Part shown: positions 8,495 to 17,440 of the stretch, one piece after another
Position numbering within the stretch: the first letter of the stretch is position 1
Layout of the letters: the number at the start of each line of letters is the position of its first letter
NCBI GenBank assembly: GCA_964584335.1
Contig: CAZOZN010000004.1
Coordinates: 37,248 to 101,247 of the forward strand
Length of the DNA: 64,000 nucleotides
Direction: 5' to 3'
From: an uncultured archaeon
GTDB lineage: Archaea; Aenigmatarchaeota; Aenigmatarchaeia; PWEA01; JAGHBM01
Translations under genes and position numbers: made by a program
Notes under the pieces: model-generated
The model's input: the letters and a program-made list of their open reading frames with translations, nothing else
The model's database searches: none
Told to the model about the DNA's origin: nothing

Positions 8495-8863
8495 GGTGTG
8501 TTGCGGAATTGGCTGCCGGTTATACGGATGATAATCTCTTGTTCACAGCTTGAGGTAATCCAACTGAGGAAGCTCCGTCCACCGTTGAATCATGGCTGTG
8601 CAAGCAGCTAGGCAGAGATGCCTAAGTCAGTATCAGAGACGAACCATTTTGTCTTAAAGATGATATTAATTGATGTTTGACAAAAGTGGATGAAACGGAC
8701 TGGCTCATGTGGTGCAAGACCAAGTAGGCTGCAATGATGAAGGAGCAGTGGGTAGGTCGCTAATCCAGCAATAGCTGGGGCGATGACGAATGCCAAAAAG
8801 CTTTACAGATGACCCATTTTCGTGGCAATAAGCTTTACAGAAGACGGGCTAACCCAACACACC
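8495..8863 (+). ncRNA. rnpB: Ribonuclease P RNA
   Basis: P1 GGTGTGTTG/CAACACACC, CR-I GAGGAAGCTCCGTC, TGAAACGG, GGTGCAAG and CR-V ACAGAAGACGGGCTA. TATA TTTATA upstream. Confidence 0.93.
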
Positions 8864-8905
8864 ATCACATTTCTACTATTTAATATTTTTTACCCTATTT
8901 TTATC

Positions 8906-9385
8906 ATGCCAACCGAGAAAATTGAAAATTTCTACATAATAGAACCTCATCCGAGAGACAGGGGATGTTCTATTTTTGAGTATAGGGACGAAAAATTTGA
9001 AGAAATATACAAGGATTTTGAGGTCAAATCCAACATAAAATATAGCGAAATAATGAAAGAAATAAAAAAACATCTCAAGGGATTGAGAGGAGATTATGTA
9101 GTTTTTCCTGAAATCAAAAACACAAATGAATTCTGGTCATTTCAAAACATGTTCGATAAGAATTATTTTTCCGGTCACGTTTGCGACGATTTTAAAGTAT
9201 ATGAAATAAATGATGACTATAAAATATCTGAAAAACCCATGAATGGAGAAGATGGTATTGTAAAGGTTAGAAAATATAATTCTCTTAGCAAAAAAGACTC
9301 TAAACATATTATAAAGTTCTTTAGGAAAAATATTTTTTCTGATGACGAAAAACACTTGGTGCGTTTTTTAAGAAAACTGTTTTGA
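8906..9385 (+). CDS. Hypothetical protein (159 aa)
   Basis: First ATG downstream of rnpB. The longer track ORF overlaps rnpB. Confidence 0.65.
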   Translation: MPTEKIENFYIIEPHPRDRGCSIFEYRDEKFEEIYKDFEVKSNIKYSEIMKEIKKHLKGLRGDYVVFPEIKNTNEFWSFQNMFDKNYFSGHVCDDFKVYEINDDYKISEKPMNGEDGIVKVRKYNSLSKKDSKHIIKFFRKNIFSDDEKHLVRFLRKLF

Positions 9386-9422
9386 TTTTTATATATAATC
9401 CTTACCAACTATTAATGGTTTT

Positions 9423-10412
9423 ATGGTCAAAGTAGCAATAAACGGTTTTGGAAGGATAGGAAGAGCTGTTTTCAAGATAGCTATTGAAAGAAAAAATAAA
9501 ATCGTTGCCATAAATGATTTGACTGATGTTAAAAATCTTGCTTATTTGTTAAAATATGATAGTGTTTACGGCGTCTACGATAAGAAGATATCCACAAGCG
9601 GAAAAAATCTTGTTGTGGATGGAAAAAAGATACCGGTTTTTAGTGAAAAAAACCCCGAAAAATTACCTTGGAAGAATCTCAAAGTTGATGTTGTAGTTGA
9701 GAGCACTGGCTTCTTCCGCGACCGACAGGGAGCAAGCAAACATCTTAAGGCGGGTGCCAAGAGAGTTCTCATATCTGCTCCATCCAACGATGCAGATATA
9801 ACTGTTGTAAAGGGTGTCAATGATTCTAAAATAAAAAATCAAAAGATTATAAGCAATGCTTCCTGCACAACAAATTGTTTTGCTCCTATGGTTAAAGTTC
9901 TTAATGATAGTTTTGGAATAAGGAAAGGTTTTATGACCACAACACATGCATATACCGGAACTCAGAGAATACTAGACGGCCCACATAAAAAATGGAGAAG
10001 GGGCAGGGCTGCCGCCGAATCAATAATACCCACTACTACAGGTGCAGCAAAAGCTGTCATAGAGGTTTTGCCTGAGATGAAAGGAAAGCTCAATGCAATG
10101 GCGATGAGAGTTCCAATACCCGACGGTTCTGTTGTTGACTTTACTGTCCTGCTTAAGAAAAAAGTCACGGAAAAAGAGGTAAATCATGTTTTTAGGAAAG
10201 CTTCCAAGGGAAGAATGAAAGGTATTTTGGATTATACTGAGGACGAGATTGTCTCATCGGATATAGTAGGAAATTCTAATTCATGCACAATAGACGGGCT
10301 CAGCACCATGGTAAACGGTAATATGGTAAAAATTCTGGGCTGGTATGATAATGAGTACGGTTATTCTTGTAGAATGGTAGATATAATCGAGAAAATTTCA
10401 AAGAAGCTTTAA
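9423..10412 (+). CDS. gap: Type I (bacterial-like) glyceraldehyde-3-phosphate dehydrogenase
   Basis: INGFGRIGR, SNASCTTNC and WYDNEYGYS motifs. Confidence 0.97.
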   Translation: MVKVAINGFGRIGRAVFKIAIERKNKIVAINDLTDVKNLAYLLKYDSVYGVYDKKISTSGKNLVVDGKKIPVFSEKNPEKLPWKNLKVDVVVESTGFFRDRQGASKHLKAGAKRVLISAPSNDADITVVKGVNDSKIKNQKIISNASCTTNCFAPMVKVLNDSFGIRKGFMTTTHAYTGTQRILDGPHKKWRRGRAAAESIIPTTTGAAKAVIEVLPEMKGKLNAMAMRVPIPDGSVVDFTVLLKKKVTEKEVNHVFRKASKGRMKGILDYTEDEIVSSDIVGNSNSCTIDGLSTMVNGNMVKILGWYDNEYGYSCRMVDIIEKISKKL

Positions 10413-10439
10413 ATTGGACACGGACTAAATATTTTTTGT

Positions 10440-11597
10440 ATGCTCGGTACAGAAATGGGTAATTTCAAAACAATGGATGATTTTGATTTTAAAGGAAAGT
10501 TTGTTTTAGTTAGAGTTGATGTTAATTCTCCGGTAATTGATAAAAAAATACAGATGAATGATAGGATAAAAAAACATGCCTTTACTTTAAAGGAAATTTC
10601 TGATGAGGGTGGTAAGGTGGTTGTTTTGGCTCATCAGGGCAGGCCCGGAAGTAAAGACTATTTTCCCAGTTTGGAACAGCATTGCAATTTTTTGTCTGAC
10701 TTTTTGGATGTTAATTATGTTGATGATGTTTTGGGAGAAAAATCTTTGGAAAGTATTAAAAAAATGAAAAGTGGAGAAGTGTTGCTTTTAAAAAACATAA
10801 GGTCTCTGAAAGTCGAGTTTAAGCCTTCATCTAATAATGAAATAGTATCTAAATTGTCCCCTCTTTTTGATTATTTTGTTAATGATGCATTTTCGGTTAT
10901 GCATAGAAAACAGACATCGGTTGTTTCTTTTCCCGCAAATTTAAAATCATGCATAGGAAGAGTTGTTGAAAATGAACTAAATGCTATAAAGGAAATAAAG
11001 GGAAAGAAAATGTTATATGTTATGGGCGGTGCAAAACCGGAAGATAATTTAGTATTGATAAAAGATTCTTCTGTAAGCAAGGTTCTTTCTTCTGGTATAT
11101 TTTCTTTGCTTTGTTTGATGGTCGAGGGATGGAAACTTGGAAAGGAAGAAGATGTTTTGAGCGATAAGAAAATACTTTTGCCTGATATAAGAAAATACAT
11201 AAGTAAGATAGAAACTCCAGTTGACCTTGCCTTTGATGATGGTGGCAGAAGGGAAATCAAGCTCAATGAGCTTCCTGTTGATAAAGAAATTCTGGATATT
11301 GGAAGAGATACTATAAGAAAATATTCAAAGGATATAGAGGATGCAGAGGCTGTTTTCTTCAAGGGCCCTGCGGGAATGTTCGAAAAAAAAGGTTTCTCTG
11401 AAGGTACTGTGGGTTTGCTGAATTCTATAGCTGATAGTGATTGTTTTTCCATGATTTGTGGTGGACATTCTTCTCATGTTTTGAATTCCTTTAATATTGA
11501 AAAAAGTAATTTTTCTCATGTAAGCATTGCTGGAGGAGCTTTGATTTCAGTAATGGCCGGGAAAAAACTACCGGGCTTGGAGGCTCTCAGAGTGTGA
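10440..11597 (+). CDS. pgk: Phosphoglycerate kinase
   Basis: VRVDVNSP, AHQGRP, NDAFSVMHR, GGAK and HVSIAGGA motifs. Confidence 0.95.
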   Translation: MLGTEMGNFKTMDDFDFKGKFVLVRVDVNSPVIDKKIQMNDRIKKHAFTLKEISDEGGKVVVLAHQGRPGSKDYFPSLEQHCNFLSDFLDVNYVDDVLGEKSLESIKKMKSGEVLLLKNIRSLKVEFKPSSNNEIVSKLSPLFDYFVNDAFSVMHRKQTSVVSFPANLKSCIGRVVENELNAIKEIKGKKMLYVMGGAKPEDNLVLIKDSSVSKVLSSGIFSLLCLMVEGWKLGKEEDVLSDKKILLPDIRKYISKIETPVDLAFDDGGRREIKLNELPVDKEILDIGRDTIRKYSKDIEDAEAVFFKGPAGMFEKKGFSEGTVGLLNSIADSDCFSMICGGHSSHVLNSFNIEKSNFSHVSIAGGALISVMAGKKLPGLEALRV

Positions 11598-11604
11598 ATA
11601 TAAA

Positions 11605-12576
11605 ATGTACGATGTAATAACTTTAGGTTCGGCAACTTTGGATGTTTTTGTTTACACAGAGCTATCGGGCATAGGTAAAAAATCAAACAAATTAATTGCT
11701 TATCCTTCCGGATCAAAGATACTCATAAAGAAACTTGATTTCATGACTGGTGGTGGAGGAACCAACACTGCAGTTTCTTTTTCTAGGTTGGGGTTGAAGA
11801 CAGCCTATTTGGGAAAAATGGGGAAAGATGATAGTGCTATAAGAGTTTTAGAACAACTTAAAAAAGAGAAAGTTGATTTTATAGGACCTAGAAGCGGTAA
11901 GGATTTCACTGCCTATTCCGTCATACTTGACAGCAAAGAGCACGACAGGACAATACTTACTTACAAAGGTATAAGCAATTCCATGAAATTTAGTGAAGTT
12001 AAAAAATCAGGTTTAAAGACAAAGTGGTTTTATTTTTCTTCTCTCCTTGGAGATTCTTTCAAAACCCAAAAGAAAATTGTTGATTATGCAAAAAACAATA
12101 AAATAAAGGTTGCATATAATCCCAGCGAATACCAGATAAAAAATGATAATGTTAATTATATAGTAAAAAGGTCTGATGTTCTTGTTTTTAACAGGAGAGA
12201 AGCCGAGCTACTTACTGGAAAAAATAAAGTTAAGGAACAGCTTCGATTTGCTTCAGAACTCGGTCCCAACATAGTTTGTATAACAGACGGTCCAAACGGA
12301 GATTATGTTTATGAAAAAGGTAATGATTTCTTTTACTATATGAAACCGCATAAAATAAAGATAGTAGAGAGGACAGGAGCAGGTGATTCTTTTGCATCCT
12401 CTTTTGTTACAGGGCTGATAAAGAAAGATGACATAGAATTTGCAATGAGGCTTGCTCTTGTAAACTCTGAATCCGTTATAATGTACCACGGTGCAAAGAA
12501 CAAGCTTCTTGGTTACAAAGAGGCTTTAAGAAAGATAAAGAACAGAAGGATTAAAATAAAAAAGGAAGTGATGTAA
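11605..12576 (+). CDS. PfkB/ribokinase-family sugar kinase (candidate ATP-dependent phosphofructokinase)
   Basis: GGGGTNTAV..SRLG and ERTGAGDSF motifs. Lies within the glycolysis operon. Confidence 0.85.
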   Translation: MYDVITLGSATLDVFVYTELSGIGKKSNKLIAYPSGSKILIKKLDFMTGGGGTNTAVSFSRLGLKTAYLGKMGKDDSAIRVLEQLKKEKVDFIGPRSGKDFTAYSVILDSKEHDRTILTYKGISNSMKFSEVKKSGLKTKWFYFSSLLGDSFKTQKKIVDYAKNNKIKVAYNPSEYQIKNDNVNYIVKRSDVLVFNRREAELLTGKNKVKEQLRFASELGPNIVCITDGPNGDYVYEKGNDFFYYMKPHKIKIVERTGAGDSFASSFVTGLIKKDDIEFAMRLALVNSESVIMYHGAKNKLLGYKEALRKIKNRRIKIKKEVM

Positions 12577-13346
12577 TGAAACTAGGCAAATTATTAAATA
12601 AAGGAAGAGCAATTTTTCTTGCATATGACCAGGGAATCGAACACGGTCCCACAGATTTCAATGACTTGAATGTTAACCCCGAATACATAATGAAGATAGC
12701 CTATAAGGGAAAATTTAATGCCGTTGTTTTTCAGAAGGGCATAGCTGAAAAATACTACAACGGAAAAGTTCCTCTCATTTTAAAGTTAAACGGAAAAACA
12801 AATCTCGTTAAAGGAGAGCCCATTTCAACTCAGGTATGCTCCGTAGAGGAGGCCATAAAAATAGGAGCAGATGCCGTTGGATATACTATATACATAGGTT
12901 CGGAGCACGAAAAGGAAATGTTTAGCGAGTTCGGTAAGATAGAGGAAAAAGCACACTCTGCAGGTTTGCCTGTTATAGCTTGGATATACCCAAGGGGAAA
13001 ATCTGTAAAGAATGAAACCTCAGCCGATAACATGGCTTATTCTGCAAGGGTTGGTCTGGAACTTGGGGCCGATATAATAAAGATTAAATACAACGGAAAT
13101 AAAAAAGACCTTTCATGGGCGGTAAAGTCTGCTGGAAAGTCTAAGGTGGTTATAGCAGGCGGTGTGAAAAAAGGAGAAAAGAAGCTAATAAGAGATACCT
13201 ACGATATAGTAAATAGTGGTGCTGCGGGGCTTGCTATAGGTAGAAACATATGGCAAAATAAAAATCCTTTTAAGATAACAGAGGCACTCAAAAAAATAAT
13301 ATTTGAAGATAAGGAGCCTGAAAATGTTTTTGAGGTGTTGGGTTGA
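12576..13346 (+). CDS. fba: Class I (DhnA-type) fructose-bisphosphate aldolase
   Basis: AYDQGIEHGP, YPRG, ELGADIIK (Schiff-base Lys) and GRNIWQ motifs. Confidence 0.92.
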   Translation: MKLGKLLNKGRAIFLAYDQGIEHGPTDFNDLNVNPEYIMKIAYKGKFNAVVFQKGIAEKYYNGKVPLILKLNGKTNLVKGEPISTQVCSVEEAIKIGADAVGYTIYIGSEHEKEMFSEFGKIEEKAHSAGLPVIAWIYPRGKSVKNETSADNMAYSARVGLELGADIIKIKYNGNKKDLSWAVKSAGKSKVVIAGGVKKGEKKLIRDTYDIVNSGAAGLAIGRNIWQNKNPFKITEALKKIIFEDKEPENVFEVLG

Positions 13347-13997
13347 ATGGTTTTAGTAACTAACTTTAAGACCTATTCTGAGTCAACAGGAAAAAACTGC
13401 TTAAAGCTTGCGAAGATTCACGAAGAGGTCAAGAAAGAGACTGGAAAAGATATAATCATTGCTGTACAAACTCCTGATATACTCAGAGTTTCAAAACTTG
13501 ATATACCAGTTTTTGCGCAACACTGTGACCCATTGAAGCAAGGAAGGAATACGGGATTCATAACCCCAGAAAGTTTAAAACAGGCGGGTGCTGTTGGTGT
13601 AATGTTAAATCATTCTGAGCATCCCATGGATATATGGGATGTCGAGAAAGCAATATGTATTTGCAAGGAAAAGGGGTTGAAGACCCTAGTTTTTGTATCT
13701 GATATATCGGAGGCAAGAGATTTAAAATCTTATAAACCCGATTATATGGCTTTTGAGTTGCCTGAACTTATAGGTACAGGTAAGCCCATATCTTCCGAAA
13801 GACCGAAAGAGCTTAAAGAATTTGTTAAAAACGTGGAAAATTCCGGTATAAAATTGCTATGCGGTGCAGGTATTTCAAAGGGCAAGGATGTTAAGGTTGC
13901 TGTCGGTTTGGGAACAGAAGGTGTTGTAGTTGCTTCTGCTATAACAAAATCTGAAAACCCAAAGAAAACCATAAAAGAACTTGTAAAAAATCTTTAG
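13347..13997 (+). CDS. tpiA: Triosephosphate isomerase (archaeal type)
   Basis: NFKTY, AQHCD, NHSE, E-x-PELIGTG and CGAGI motifs. Confidence 0.95.
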   Translation: MVLVTNFKTYSESTGKNCLKLAKIHEEVKKETGKDIIIAVQTPDILRVSKLDIPVFAQHCDPLKQGRNTGFITPESLKQAGAVGVMLNHSEHPMDIWDVEKAICICKEKGLKTLVFVSDISEARDLKSYKPDYMAFELPELIGTGKPISSERPKELKEFVKNVENSGIKLLCGAGISKGKDVKVAVGLGTEGVVVASAITKSENPKKTIKELVKNL

Positions 13998-13999
13998 CT

Positions 14000-14821
14000 T
14001 TATATGAAAACTTTTTCTATATAACTCAGTACATCACTTGCCATTAATGATTGTTTTTTTGTTTTTGCAGCAATATCTCCTGCCGAGCCGTTTATGAAAG
14101 CAGCGGCACATGCGGAGTCAAACAATTTGTTTCCTTGTGCTATAAGAGAACCACAAATACCAGCAAGTATATCTCCGGTACCTCCCACTGTTAGAAATTG
14201 GTTTCCAGTCCAGTTTTCAAGTGTATCTTTACCGTCTGATATTATATCCTTGGAATGCGTTAACAAAATTGTGCATTTGTATTTTTTTGCACACTTCTCT
14301 ACGTTTTTTCTTGTTGGTTTCATGTCAAATAAATTTCTGAATTCTTCTGAGTGTGGCGTAAGAAGGAAATTTTTCTTTATTTTACTTTTTTCAATGCATC
14401 TCAGAGCGTCAGCATCTACAACAACAGGTTTTTCAGTTCCTTTTAATATATTCCTCACTGTTTCTTTTGTCTTTTTTTCTCTACCTATCCCACCGCCTAT
14501 TACTATTGCATCACATTCTTCTTCAAATTTTTTTATTATTCCCAGATGCTTATCTTCTATGTAATCTCCGCTTAAAGGATAAGTAATCATGTCTGGAGAG
14601 TATGAAGCAACCATGTTTGCCGGTCTTTCGGGTGCGACAATTTTTACTATATCTACTCCCGTTCTGTATGCCCCTACTGCATTAAATATAAGTGAACCAT
14701 GATAAGTTTTATTACCACCTATAACGAGCAAAGAACCGAACTGATACTTATGTGCTTCTACTTCTCTCTTCGGGTATACTTTGTTTATAATATCCCTTGT
14801 TATTACAAATGACAACTCCAT
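14000..14821 (-). CDS. nnrD: ADP-dependent NAD(P)H-hydrate dehydratase
   Basis: HKYQFG.LLVIGG, VVVDADAL, LTPH..EF and GGTGDILAG motifs. Confidence 0.9.
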   Translation of the reverse strand: MELSFVITRDIINKVYPKREVEAHKYQFGSLLVIGGNKTYHGSLIFNAVGAYRTGVDIVKIVAPERPANMVASYSPDMITYPLSGDYIEDKHLGIIKKFEEECDAIVIGGGIGREKKTKETVRNILKGTEKPVVVDADALRCIEKSKIKKNFLLTPHSEEFRNLFDMKPTRKNVEKCAKKYKCTILLTHSKDIISDGKDTLENWTGNQFLTVGGTGDILAGICGSLIAQGNKLFDSACAAAFINGSAGDIAAKTKKQSLMASDVLSYIEKVFI

Positions 14822-15564
14822 CCACCATCTACGGTAACTGTTTCTCCGGTTATATAACTCGATGCTTCAGATGCAAGGTAAAGCACTGTAGTTATAAGTT
14901 CTCTCGGGTCTGCGGGTCTTTTTAGGGGAACTGTATTTTTTATCATTTCTTGCATTTCTTTGCTTTCTAACAATTTTTCTGTCATTGGTGTGCCGAATAC
15001 TCCAGGTGCGATACAGTTTACTTGAATATTATGTTTTCCCCATTCTGAAGCCAGACTCTTCGTTAGCATTATTACTCCTGCTTTAGTTACACTGTAACTT
15101 AAACCGCTCAGATAGGCAGATTTTCCTGCTATTGAAGCTATGTTTATTATTTTTCCGTAATTGTTCTTCATCATTTCTTTTCCGGCTTCTCTTGCACACA
15201 AAAATTGACCCTTCAAATTCACATCCATTATTTTTTCCCAAGAATTTTCGTCTATTTCCTCAGGCAGGCCTGTTTTTAGTATACCTGCGTTATTTACAAG
15301 TATGTCTATTTTACCAAACTCATCCAAAGTTCTCTTTACCATCTCTTTGATACTTTTTTTACTTGTTACGTCTGTTTTTATAAATATAGATTTTCTTCCC
15401 ATTTTCTTTATTTCTTCCACGGTTTCTTTTGATTCATTTTCAAGTATGTCTGCTATAACTATGTCAGCTCCGCATTCACCCAGTCCAAGAGCCATGGATT
15501 TTCCCAAACCTCTGCTACCTCCAGTTACTATAGCCACTCTTCCGTCAAAATTAAAGTACTCCAT
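14803..15564 (-). CDS. SDR-family oxidoreductase (gluconate/glucose dehydrogenase-like)
   Basis: TGGSRGLG, NNAG and the YxxxK motif (YSVTK). Confidence 0.9.
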   Translation of the reverse strand: MEYFNFDGRVAIVTGGSRGLGKSMALGLGECGADIVIADILENESKETVEEIKKMGRKSIFIKTDVTSKKSIKEMVKRTLDEFGKIDILVNNAGILKTGLPEEIDENSWEKIMDVNLKGQFLCAREAGKEMMKNNYGKIINIASIAGKSAYLSGLSYSVTKAGVIMLTKSLASEWGKHNIQVNCIAPGVFGTPMTEKLLESKEMQEMIKNTVPLKRPADPRELITTVLYLASEASSYITGETVTVDGGWSCHL

Positions 15565-15608
15565 AATCTTTTATTAACAAGAGTATTATATAAAATTATG
15601 GTGAATAG

Positions 15609-16559
15609 ATGCTAAGATTTTTGAAAGAATATTCTTATCATATAGAGAAAGCCTTTTCTATTGCTCCAAAAATAAAGCTAAAAGAAATTAATAAGATAGT
15701 TGTCGGAGGAATGGGAGGTTCTGCAATATCCGGTGATATTTTAAGGGACTACCTTGAAGATGAGATAGAAATACCGATATTTGTTGTAAGAAAATACAAA
15801 CTTCCAAAATTTGTTGACAAAAATACACTTGTTTTCATGATATCTTATTCAGGAAACACCGAAGAAAGCCTTTCAATGTTAGAACATGCGAGAAAGAAAA
15901 AATGTCAAATAATTTTGGTTACTTCCGGTGGAAAGTTTTCTAGGAAGAGAGGTTTACCAATAATAAATATACCAAAGGGCCATGTGCCCAGAGTCGCATT
16001 GCCTTATCTTTTCTTCCCGATTTTAAAAGTTTTGCAAGATAACAAGATAATAAAAAACAAGGAAAAAGATGTTAGGGAAATTTCAAAATTATTGAAGTCT
16101 TTTGACTTGGATATGGCAAGGAACTTGTCAAAAAAGTTTTTCAGGAGAACACCGGTTTTTTACGGACCAGAAAATTACAGGGGAGTGCTTTACAGGTGGC
16201 AAACACAGTTTAATGAAAACAGTAAGAAGTTTGCCCATTATAACTGTTTTACAGAAATGAACCATAACGAAATTGTGAGCGATTTTAAGGACAACAAAGA
16301 TGTTTTTGCCTTGATTATCAATGACGAAAAAATTAATAAAAGGATAAAGAGACAGATGGCCTTGGGTAAAAAAATACTTTCAAAGGAAATAGAAGTTAAT
16401 GAAATAAAAATAAAAGGTAGAAGTTTTCTTTCAAGAATTTTCTATGCCATTTATCTCGGGGACTGTTTGAGTTTTTATTTATCTATTTTCAGGGCCGTTA
16501 AAACCGAGGAAACCAGGAACATTGATTTTATAAAAAAGGGACTTAAATGTACAAAATAG
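15609..16559 (+). CDS. Bifunctional phosphoglucose/phosphomannose isomerase
   Basis: GMGGSAISG, SYSGNTEE, NENSK and EMNHNEI motifs. Confidence 0.93.
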   Translation: MLRFLKEYSYHIEKAFSIAPKIKLKEINKIVVGGMGGSAISGDILRDYLEDEIEIPIFVVRKYKLPKFVDKNTLVFMISYSGNTEESLSMLEHARKKKCQIILVTSGGKFSRKRGLPIINIPKGHVPRVALPYLFFPILKVLQDNKIIKNKEKDVREISKLLKSFDLDMARNLSKKFFRRTPVFYGPENYRGVLYRWQTQFNENSKKFAHYNCFTEMNHNEIVSDFKDNKDVFALIINDEKINKRIKRQMALGKKILSKEIEVNEIKIKGRSFLSRIFYAIYLGDCLSFYLSIFRAVKTEETRNIDFIKKGLKCTK

Positions 16560-17413
16560 CTGTTGTTGTTGGAGGAACAAACACTAATCTTGCACTCTTT
16601 CGAAACAGCACAATATCCAAGAGAAAATACATGAAAACTAGAGCGGAAGAAGGTATTGATGTTTTTATTCAAAGACTCATTTCAAACATAAATGAAATTA
16701 TAAAAAATAAAACTATTTCTGGAATTGGTCTGGGTGTCCCGGGATTTATTGACACAAAAAAGGGAATTTTGAAAAAATCTATATTATCTTCCTCACCCAT
16801 ATTCTTTAAAAAAATTCTAAAGAAAGAATTAGAAACAAATGTTTTTCTGGAGAACGACGCAAAATGTGCTGCACTCGGTCTTCTTGAAAAAGAAAAAATA
16901 AAAAATTTCGTTCTTTTGACAATAGGAACAGGAATAGGCGGAGGAATTGTAATTAACGGAGAACTTATGAAAGGAAGGGGAAATTCAGGAGAATTTGGTC
17001 ATATGACTGTCAAAACAAACGGTGTAAAATGCACGTGTGGAAACAATGGATGCTTACAACAGTATGCCGCAAAACCTGCTTTCAGGCGACTTTCCAAAAA
17101 ATACTTCAAGAAAATTATTACTCCTGAAAAACTTTATAAAATGGCTAAGGAAGGAAATAAAAAGGCCAATCTAATTTACGATGAGGTTGGCAAATGGCTT
17201 GGCGTGGGAATGGCAAACATTTCGAACTGTTTTGACCCGGAATTTATTTTCTTAACCGGAAAAATAACAAAAAGTGGTAATCTTTTGATAAATCCAGCAA
17301 AAGAAGAGATGAAAAAAAGGGTTTTTGTTGACCCATCTAAGGTCAAAATCTTGAAAAAAAATTACGAACTCTTTGGAGCTGCTTCTCTGATAAGGGCTTA
17401 TAAGCAAAAATAA
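16547..17413 (+). CDS. ROK-family sugar kinase (glucokinase-like)
   Basis: ENDAKCAAL, GTGIGGG, GEFGH and CTCGNNGC motifs. The N-terminal D of DxGGT is replaced by V. Confidence 0.88.
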   Translation: MYKIAVVVGGTNTNLALFRNSTISKRKYMKTRAEEGIDVFIQRLISNINEIIKNKTISGIGLGVPGFIDTKKGILKKSILSSSPIFFKKILKKELETNVFLENDAKCAALGLLEKEKIKNFVLLTIGTGIGGGIVINGELMKGRGNSGEFGHMTVKTNGVKCTCGNNGCLQQYAAKPAFRRLSKKYFKKIITPEKLYKMAKEGNKKANLIYDEVGKWLGVGMANISNCFDPEFIFLTGKITKSGNLLINPAKEEMKKRVFVDPSKVKILKKNYELFGAASLIRAYKQK

Positions 17414-17440
17414 TTTATATCCTCTTTTAATAATTTAAGT

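Noticed and set aside
8608-8796. 62-aa minus-strand ORF
   Set aside because: It is antisense to RNase P RNA.
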